Source of the DNA: Fonticula alba ATCC 38817
Taxonomy: Eukaryota > Protista > Nucleariida
Reading direction: 5' to 3' (one strand)
Assembly: GCA_000388065.2 (NCBI GenBank)
Contig: KB932202.1
DNA: 13,539 nucleotides
A program made the translations under genes and the position numbers. The notes beneath the pieces are model-generated. The model saw only the letters and a list, made by a program, of their open reading frames with translations. It did no database searches and was not told where the DNA came from. Numbering within the stretch: position 1 is the first letter of the stretch; each line of letters starts with the position of its first letter. Positions 1 to 8,549 of this stretch are shown in pieces.

Positions 1-1309
1 ATCACGGGAGAGAGAGAGAGAGAGCCTGGCGACCAGATGCGCAAGGGGGAAGGTGCGGAACAAAGAAGAATGAAGGGGAGGGAGGAAGGGCAGGGGGGGG
101 GGGCTTGGGGAGGGGGAGGCCAGGCGAATGGCGAGGGGTGAGAGTAACCATCGTCTATAGCGGGGAGTTGGGATCATTAAGAGCCGGGACGGGTGTGGGC
201 CTTGGGAAACATGAACGGCTGCGAAAGAGCAACCCCGAGAGAGGGAGGCAGCCTGGAGACCGAGACAAGTGAGGCCCCCCCCCCCCGCCCCCCGCCCCCC
301 GCCCCCCTCCTGGAGAGTGGCGCGCCCAAGCTCCCCGCTTGGCCTCTCCCAGGCCAAGGGAGAGAGAGAGAGAGAGTGAGCTTTCTCGCCGCCTCGCCGC
401 CCCCCTGGCAGGCCACCCGAGGCGCAGGCCCGTTCCCGCACAGGCCGCGACCATCAGCGGTCCCACCGCAGAATGCTGCCCGACGTGGTTGAAAAAGGCA
501 GAATGCCGCCCAAAATGCGTCAGTTGGTATCTCGAATCGCCCGGAAGACCAAGTGCGGGGCCAGCACACCACGGTCTCGAGCGCGCGACGGCCTCCATCC
601 TCCCCTGCATACACCAGCAACACGCGCCACCCAGGTGGGGGCATCACCCACGTTAGCAGGCTCGAGTGGAGCTGCTAGCGGAGACGTCCCGGGGGGGAGG
701 GGGGGGGGGAAACGCGGGCACGAGTGACTGGACTGAAACGCCACACACCTGCGATCGCCCCCCTCCCCCCCCCCCCCCCGGGAGGGGGCAGAGGCGGTCA
801 GTGTGCGGCTGCGGCGCCGGGGTCCGGTCTCAGGCAGGCGGACAGAGAGTGACTGGGCTTCTCGACGGCTCGGCTCCGGCCTGCCTCCCCCAACCCGTGG
901 CCCAGGCCAGGGGCAGGGCGGCCGGGGGCTTCCCAAGACCCGCTGACATGCCAACCGAACCCCGGGCTGCGGGTTTCCTCGGCTCGCAGTCTCGAGCCTG
1001 CCCGTTGAACCGGCGACGCCCGGCGAGAAGGGACGCCCCGCTCGCCCCCGGCACAGAGGGGGGAATCCATGCCAGGGGGACCCGGGGCGACATGCCCTTT
1101 TATCCGCATGCAACGCGCGGGGCACAATTCAGGGATGTGCAGCAGGCAGGCCCGCTCGGCCGCACGGCCCGGGGGAACATGCACCCCGGCGCCCCGCTCT
1201 CACGACCAACCTCCACCCGATAATCGGCACACTCCGGAAGAGCATGCTAGAGTGCTTGTCCCGTCTGCGGATTGCAGCAGGCAAAGCGCGTGCGAGAGGA
1301 AGGCTCGCC

Positions 1310-1350
1310 AAGAGAGAAAGAGAGAGAGAGAGAGAGAAAGAAAAGAAAAG
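1310..1350. repeat. (GA)n/(GAAAA)n purine tract
   Basis: Direct reading; similar (GA)n tracts occur at 8-24, 360-376, 2724-2751 and 4117-4149. Confidence 0.9.
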
Positions 1351-1708
1351 GCGAGGACAGAGCCCGCCGAAGGCCACCTCCGGCAACGCGGGAGTTGGAG
1401 GGACGGGAAAGTGCGGGAAACCGGGACATTTTATCATGTGGCATCCGCGTGCCGAGTCACAGGTGTGGGGCCTGATTCGATTCCGGACTCCCGGCCGCCC
1501 GCACGCCCTCGGAAGGAGGCCGCAGACCAGTCCTCGTTTCGGTGCATCCTCCGGGCCTGCTCTTTTTGGGCCAGCCACACATGTTGGGCCTTTCCGCGGT
1601 GGGGAGAGATCTCACCAATCAGCCTCTCCCATTTTCACCCTATCCCCCGCCCTCCCCCTTTTTTCCTTCAGCCTCGGCTGCCCCTTTCCTCCCTTGCCCA
1701 GATACCCC

Positions 1709-2337
1709 ATGTCCACCCCCGCCACCCCTCTGAAGGTCATCGGCTCTCCAGCCCGGCGCCAGGTCGCTCGCATCGGCACCGCTGTTGGCTCCTGCGGCGC
1801 CACGGTGCGTACCCTCTCCACCGTCCGGCCCTGTGGCACCTGCGCCACTTGTGCCTGCCCTGACCTCTGACCCACTCGCGCCCGTCATATTTCCCTCGCT
1901 CCTGATTGCCCCGCCCCCCTTGGTCACCCGCCCCTCCCTCTCCTCCTCTTCCGCTTCGCCATTTGCCGCCCTGGTTTGTCCCTCGCTTGTGATGGCACTC
2001 CCTCTGACGGCCCTGATCCATCGATCCTCACATTCAAAGGCTGCTGCCTACGGCTCGTGCATCAGCCAGAACGCCACCCAGATCCACGGCAAGGGGCACT
2101 GCCAGAAGGAGTTCGAACTCTTCCGCGAGTGCGTGCGCAAGGTACGTCGATCATGCTCGCCCAGTTCTCCCGGGAGGGGGTACCTTGGAGAATGCTCGCT
2201 CCCCCCCCCCCCCCCTCCCCTCCCCTCCCCCCGGCTCCCATCGGCCACTTCTTCCTTTTCATCCCCGCTTCGACTTTCCCTGCTCCATGCCTGACCCGCC
2301 CCACCTCCTCCCGAAGAGCCTGGTCTCCCGCTCATGA
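1709..2337 (+). CDS. NDUFAF8: Small twin-CX9C (CHCH) mitochondrial protein, NDUFAF8-like complex I assembly factor; exons 1709-1804, 2040-2141, 2317-2337; 72 aa
   Basis: Spliced product: MSTPATPLKVIGSPARRQVARIGTAVGSCGAT|AAAYGSCISQNATQIHGKGHCQKEFELFRECVRK|SLVSRS*. Introns 1805-2039 (GTGCGT..AAAG) and 2142-2316 (GTACGT..GAAG), both phase 0. Splicing gives exact C-x9-C spacing twice (CGATAAAYGSC, CQKEFELFREC). It resembles human NDUFAF8 as recalled (ACGAEAAAYGRC...CAREFEALRSC) in motif and length. The last exon is less certain because there is an alternative AG at 2317-2318. Confidence 0.78.
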
Positions 2338-2490
2338 GGTGCCTTCCCTGACGATTTCCCATCCATCAAAAGGAAAAGAAAGAAAATCATCCCAAATACA
2401 GACAAATATTCCCCCCACATGTGAGTGCATTTCGCCTCCCGGCAAGACATCTGAAGCGAAGGCGAAGGGGAAGGCTGTTCCATTACCATG

Positions 2491-3445
2491 CTACTGAGGG
2501 ATGTGTGCCAATTCCTCGAAAAAGATCTGTGCGAGGACACCTCGCGGAGGGGGCGGCAGCTCTTTCGGCGCTGAGACCGCCTCCCTCCCGGGGCTGTGTT
2601 GAAGGGTGACAATGTCGCCCAGAACTCGGAGGGCGGTCTGACATACAGTACTGTGTGCGATCAGAGGGAGGCATGCGGACAGGTGAGTGTCTGGGAACAA
2701 GTGAATAAGTGTCATTTGACACAGGGAGAGGGAGAGAGAGAGAGAGAGAGACCGTAAAAGAGCCGAAGAGAATACCGAACCACATACCTGGTGGTTGCCG
2801 AAAACAAGTACCCCTCAGCCTCCATGGCTCCAGCCAGCTCCGACTGATGACCATGCATGAGGGTGGGATTGGGCACCGTGATGACGCGCGGGCGCCGCGG
2901 ATGACGTAGGACCTCGAAAATGGTACCAGCACCTTTCGATGAGAGTGGGTGGACAGCCTGTGAGTGTCACGGACACAAGAGAGGGATGCGAGCAGCGAGC
3001 ACAGGCTGCTCGCCAGCCGTCGGTGGTGAAACATACCGGCATGGCAAATCACCAAATCCGCGCTGTCATACGATTCGGTCAAGGAAGGCAGATAGTCGAC
3101 CACCTGGATGGCCAGAGCCCGGCCATTGTGGACGACAGTCGTTGATAGGGGAAGGACCGGATCGCCGGGCCAGCTGTGGAGGGTCACCAGGGGGCCCAGT
3201 TAGGAAACGGAAACCGACAATGAGCGGCACAAAAAAAGAGGAAGGAGCGAGAGGGGAGGGAGAGGGAAATGGAGAAGAGAAAGGCATGCACGCAAGACTC
3301 ACGGGCTGACGCCTGCCTGGACACAGAGGGCTTGCACACCGAGGTCGATCAGCGAAATGTGGAAGGCCGGGTCGGAGATCGCCTGGATCAACATGTCGAA
3401 TCTGGTCGTGCCAACCGTCACGAAAACGCTCAATGCCTTGGTCAT
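2491..3445 (-). CDS. ALG13: UDP-N-acetylglucosamine transferase catalytic subunit ALG13 (GT28 C-terminal family), stand-alone short form; exons 3445-3303, 3173-3037, 2932-2788, 2650-2491; 194 aa
   Basis: Signature motifs VFVTVGTTRFD (exon 1), ADLVICHAG|AGTIFEVL (exons 2/3) and PNPTLMHGHQSELA (exon 3). All three introns have GT..AG ends with matching phases (2, 1, 2): GTGAGT..CAG with a CTAAC branch point, GTATGT..AAG, and GTATGT..CAG. TAG stop at 2493-2491. Confidence 0.95.
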
Positions 3446-3516
3446 GGTAGTGTCCCGGGACAGGGGGCAGGGGCTGTGAAAATTTTTGGCCCAAGCGAGG
3501 AGGCGAAAGGAGCGGC

Positions 3517-3560
3517 GGGGGCGGGTACGGCGGAGGGGGCGGGTACGGCGGAGGGGCGGA
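3517..3560. repeat. 18-bp tandem duplication GGGGGCGGGTACGGCGGA x2 plus a partial GGGGCGGA, upstream of ALG13
   Basis: Units at 3517-3534 and 3535-3552; contains GC-box-like GGGGCGG motifs. Confidence 0.85.
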
Positions 3561-4182
3561 GGGGACAGATGCAGGAGTGGCCAGCGGCCCGAGATCGCCG
3601 GTATCTCGCCCTCCTGCCTGATCTGCGGGGTCTTCGGGGGGACGACCGGAGCCAGATGTGCCAACGGAACCGGGCGCATCGCCCTCCGGAAGATGACGGT
3701 CTGCCGGGAGAAAGGGGGGCCAAAAAGCAGGAGGACCAGCAAGGCAGTGCCGTGGGACAGGCAAGACGACTCGGCGGGCCGTGTGCTGTTGCTGCTGCCG
3801 CTGCTGCTACCTCGGAGCATGGCGGCCGGGACGAGCATCCCCATGCACCCGTGCACCATCCGAACGCCGCTCCCGGGATCCTGCGCCTGGGTCTATTGGC
3901 TCTTGAAATACGACGCCCAACCACAGCCCAGGGGAGAAGAAGCAAGGAAACCCAACACACAAACACACAAGACAGCCGACTGGATCAGAGGGGGTGTAAT
4001 GATACAATTCGGGCAGAGCGGTTGCAAGAGGGAGTGAGGAAGGTATATGTCCGTCGGTGCTCACATGTTCCATCAGCGGGGCGGCCCTCTCCCGCCCCAG
4101 GATGAAAAGCAACGCAGAGGGAGAGAGGGAGAGAGAGAGAGGGAGAGAACGTGTGCATAAGCACACGAATGCGCCTAAGCAC

Positions 4183-4995
4183 TTAAGAGCTGGCCGAGGC
4201 GTTGTTGGAGTTGCGCTCAAGAGCCACGGTAAGAAGCTGTAATTGAGAAGGGCCGGGCGAGATGGATAATGACACCGGGATGGGGGGGGATCCCATGCGC
4301 AAGTTGGTCGCGTTAGAGGACTGGACCGGTGGCAGGAGGATGTGTATATGGGCGTGTGGGCGTGGGCGTGGAGGCGCATGTGGCTTGGCGACTACCACCA
4401 GCGGAAGGGCCGAAAGGGACACCGGGAGAAGCAAAAAGGGGAACCGTGAAATACGTACGTTCATGTCAGCACGGATGCTCGCGGCCAGGCGAGCGAGACG
4501 CTCGTTACCGTCAAGGATCTCCACAGACTGGGTGAGAGGGTTGTAGCGGACGCTGAAGGGGCGAGAAGACTCGGCGGCAAACCGGCTGCAAGGGCACACG
4601 AAGCGCAGGGAGTGGGGGGGGGGGATTAGCCAGCGGCACATGAAACCCGATGACAGCATGCTGGCAATCAGGGCGGCAGGGGGAACAACAGAGAGGCGAA
4701 GCGGGGAGAAGGAGGCCAACGAATGCAGGGCCGGAAGGAAGGATGGATGAAACATACCGAATGCGCTCCTTGGCATCGGCGAAGCTGTCGGTGACAAAGT
4801 AGATCGGCTGGTACTCGGTGATGGGGTACTTGGTGCGAGCAGCAACGGCCGGGTCGAACGGGCGGTGCGAGTCGAATGCCTTGACGGAGTGCTGCAAAAA
4901 AGAAGAGGGAGAAAGGGTGAGTGGGAGAGAAAGGAAGAGAGAGAGAGAAAGGAAGGAAGGAAGAGAGAACGAGAGAAAGAGAAAGAGAAAGAGAA

Positions 4996-5055
<60 letters not shown>

Positions 5056-6354
5056 CGGGGCGGGAAGCGCCCAGACACAAGGGCAGCCGACGCGCACCTC
5101 GAGCTCGCCGAAGGAGGACAGGAGGCCGGCACCGTAGGCACGGATCTCGCCGTTCTGCTTGCAGAGACCAAACTCCACGGTGAACCAGTAGACCTAAAGA
5201 AATGCGGCGGGAAGGCATTCGGGAAGGGGCAGCGAGGGGGGAGAGAGATGGACGAAAAGACAGACACGGCGAACAGGGGGGGGGGGGGAGGCAACCATCA
5301 GTACGCGAAGGGGGGACATGAGGAGAGGGCAAAAGATAAAAGGAGGGGGGGGGGACGGCCAACGCACCGTAGCAAGGAGCTCAATCATCTCGTCACTGGC
5401 ACCGAGCGAAGCCAGACCGAACTCCTGGGACATGTCGGCGAAGTCCGGATCGGCGAAGAGGGGCACATGGCCGAGGAGCTCGTGGCACAGGTCCGGCTCG
5501 GGGGTGTACAGCGGCACCGAGTGGTGGCGCACATACTGCGTCGAGTGGAAGACACGGAAGGCCAGGCCGTTGAGGAAGTCGCGGGCCGAGAGAAGCCCGG
5601 TCACCGGGCGCAGGGTAAACCCGGTGCAGTCGCGCAGGAAGCGCGAGATGTCCTCAAGCTGGGGGATGTTGTCCGGGCCGTAGCCGCAGTTCTGCTCCAG
5701 CAGGGGGAAGATGTAGCGATGCTCGCGGCACGCATGAGTCGGGTACAGCTGGGTCAGGTTGTTGTAGACCGCGCGCCAGGTGGCGCGCTCGGAGTCGGTG
5801 TACTCGATGCGCGGGATGGGCTGGCCGTGGCGGTAGGTGCGCGCGATGCGGGTGATCTCCTCGCGCCGGGCCCGGTACACCGGGTCGGTGAAGCCGGGGT
5901 GGTCGGCAGCCAGCTCCTCGCCATAGCTCAGGGTCTTGGCGGCGAAGGAGTCCAAGTCGGCGATCTTGCGCGGGAACCAGGGGACCGGGTCGCGCTCGGC
6001 CACCACGCGGACCTGGTTCACCAGCGGCTCGATGGACTTGACCGCGGCGGCAGTGATGCCGGGGTTGGCCGCATCGAAGTCCACGAAGAAGTCATAGTCA
6101 AAGTCCGTCGACAGGGAAGGACGCGACTCGATGCGCGTCAGGGAGAGGTTCGGCGAGCTGCCGCGCAGGGCGGTCAGCACACGCTCCAAAACCCCGGGCG
6201 AGTCGCTGACACTGAAGAGGAGGGTGGTCTTGCGGGGGGTGGAAACCTTGGCCTCGGCGGGGGTCTCGGTGGCTGGCACATCGACCGACAGCTGGGCGTC
6301 GGCCAGCTTGTTGGCAATGGAGTCGGTCACATCGACGGCGGCGGCCATGGTCAT
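4183..6354 (-). CDS. PAH: Phenylalanine-4-hydroxylase (tetrameric type: ACT + biopterin-dependent catalytic domain + C-terminal helix); exons 6354-5368, 5193-5098, 4891-4758, 4585-4459, 4236-4183; 465 aa
   Basis: ACT domain ([12 protein letters not shown]...LTRIESRPS), [33 protein letters not shown], iron ligands in [12 protein letters not shown] and [36 protein letters not shown]. Specificity residues are PAH-type: L at human L248, H264, Y277, W326, and I at the V379 position. Four GT..AG introns with consistent phases (0, 0, 2, 0). The start may be 6354 or 6348. Confidence 0.97.
4895..5049. repeat. Compound (GA)n/(GAAA)n purine microsatellite (TC-rich on the PAH sense strand) filling most of PAH intron 2
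   Basis: Direct reading; it lies inside intron 5097-4892 and generates the spurious (RE)n and (SL)n ORFs. Confidence 0.95.
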
Positions 6355-7392
6355 GGTGGGCGGCGGGTGCGAGAGGATGGGGTGGGGTGGGAAGAGAGGG
6401 GGGAAGACGGGGGGGGGGAGGAGGGGAGGTGGGAAGGGGCAGAGGAGATGTGATGGTGATGTGGCGAGGTGAATGCACTAGGGGAGCTATGGACACCCGG
6501 CTCGAGGCTCGGGCGGGCTCGGGGCAGGACCACAAAAACCATTCTTACGGCTGGGGGGGGGGGGGCGCCCACGGCCGCGGGCGTTCAGCCCCCACACCTA
6601 GACCCCCCTCCGCCCGGGTCTCCGCCCTCCCCGGACGGACTAGGATGAGGCATTCGCCCAGGGTGAGTCACGCTGTCCAGGGGGAACGGACGGACGCGTG
6701 TCGGGGGGACCATTGAGCGCGGGTCACAAGCTGCCTCGCGTGTGTGTGTGTGGGGGGGGGGTCTGCGCGTCGTGTGCGGCTTCCTGGGCCAGGTCTGCCG
6801 GTGTCACCTCGTACATGATGTTCATGTACGTGGGCGTGGGCGGGTGTGCAGGCGCGTGCCAGGGGCCTGTGGACATTCTCGAGGATGCCAACTCCACAGC
6901 AGGAAGGCTTCGGGGACACCAAGGGTGGCAACAGGCAGAATGTGCAACCCCCCGCCTCCCCCCGCCCCCCCCCCTCCCCCTGGCGCTTGGCGTCGCGCGG
7001 GGCACCGCACTCTCGGCGTCAACACAAACGCACTGTCCAAGCCGCGGAAACCCGCACGCCCGCGCATGCTGTCGGCTCGGGCGGATCTATTCCAGCGGGT
7101 CGGATGGCCACTGCGGTGGGACCCCATACCGACGAGGGGGTGTGCGACAAAATGGCCTGCGCACACACATGCCCGCATGTGTGTGTGTGGGGTGTGCACG
7201 CATATGTGAGCCGACACACAAGCCGCCCCCTCGCGCAAATGACGCCAGAGTCGCTCGATGTGCTTGTTGGCCCCCGGGTGAGGGGGGCGGGGGGGTAAGC
7301 TGGAAAAAACAACAACACGCCACTCGGCTCGCGGCGTCCCCCGGCCCAGATGACTGGGGCACGGGAGCCAGCGAGGTTTCCCCGAGGCTGCC

Positions 7393-7413
7393 CGGCGGCG
7401 GCGGCGGCGGCGG
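7393..7413. repeat. (CGG)7 trinucleotide repeat
   Basis: Direct reading. Confidence 0.9.
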
Positions 7414-7784
7414 CTTCGTGCTGTATGTTGCTGCTCGCGCCAGTGCGGGCCCCGGGCCGGTCCTCCTTCTGCCTTTGGTGACACGCTTCGAGGACGCACG
7501 GGCCTGGCCAAGAATAGCTGCAGGCCAGGGCCAGGGGCCCGGGCCACCTCCCCACCCGGGGCGCTCAGCCTTGCACTTCCCCCCGCGGTAGGTTGGCATT
7601 TCTCGGTGGGGGCAGGGATCCCGGCTCGCGCGGCCAAGGGACAAGCAGGAGCGGGCACCGGGGCACATCGGGACCGGGCTTAACCACACTTGGCCACCGT
7701 ACGCCGCCAGCCGGGAGAAAAGCATCAACTGAAAAGACAGTGCCACCCCCACAACACAAAGGCCCGGGGGGGGGGGGGGGGGGG

Positions 7785-7869
7785 NNNNNNNNNNNNNNNN
7801 NNNNNNNNNNNNNNNNNNNNNNNNNNNNNNNNNNNNNNNNNNNNNNNNNNNNNNNNNNNNNNNNNNNNN
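7785..7869. other. Assembly gap (85 N)
   Basis: Run of N directly after a G19 homopolymer (7766-7784); the true length is unknown. Confidence 0.99.
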
Positions 7870-8415
7870 CCCCGCCGCGCGCGCGCGCGCGAACAGCCTG
7901 ACTGGTGGTTGGGGCGTCGGACAACACGCTTCCGGAGTGCCGTCAAGGCAACTCGCCCCCAAGCGTATATCCCCGGAACGCCGCAGTCTCCTGAAGGTGT
8001 TTTTCCTCGCACACGCGTGCCAGCGCGAGCATGAAGCAACCCGCCCCTCCCACGCCCGCGCCGCTCCCCCCCGGTCAGATGTAGCTCCCTGCCCCAACCT
8101 GTGACCGGCTGAAAAGCACATCAGCAATCTATTAAAGCTCCTAGGTCAGGGGGTTTCAGGACAGGGGGGCGCCCTGGGCGGTGTACACGGGCGGGGGGAA
8201 GACATTGGGCCGCTCTAGTTATCCGCGTCGCCCCCGGCCCCGCCCCCCCCGTCCCCGTCCCCGTCCCCTTGCCCCCGGGCTGTGGAAGCAATCTTCCCCA
8301 GGCGGGGGAAAACTTTTGGCCGGGCCGTCTCCCTGAGGAGAGGTGGGGCCTCCTCGAACAGCACTCCCCCAAAATACCGCCCTCTTCTCCTTCTACTCCC
8401 TGCCCCTCCTTCCCG

Positions 8416-8470
8416 TGCCCCCCCCCCTCCCTCCCTCCCTCCCTCTCTCTCTCTCTCTCTCTCCCCCTCT
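8416..8470. repeat. Poly-C/(CCCT)n/(CT)n pyrimidine tract upstream of GUP1
   Basis: Direct reading. Confidence 0.9.
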
Positions 8471-8549
8471 CAAGCTCTGCCCCTCTTCTGCCAACTGCAC
8501 GCTCGACCGCGTAGCCCCTCGGATCGCCCGAATCCCCAGCGGCCGGAAG

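Noticed and set aside
1476-1484. TTCGATTCC resembling a tRNA T-loop or B box
   Set aside because: The flanks do not form a T-stem, and no acceptor stem or D-arm is visible.
4183-6354. Tyrosine or tryptophan hydroxylase identity
   Set aside because: It has W at the PAH W326 position and L at L248 (TPH has F and Y), and H264, Y277 and a hydrophobic residue at 379 (TH has Q, H, D).
4921-6453. 510-aa plus-strand ORF
   Set aside because: Antisense shadow of PAH caused by strong GC3 bias; its N-terminus is just the (GA)n microsatellite read as (RE)n.
6698-7658. Long ORFs of 278-346 aa in the PAH-GUP1 spacer
   Set aside because: G/P/R/A-rich translations of repeats and GC-rich DNA with no domain signature; not called as CDS.
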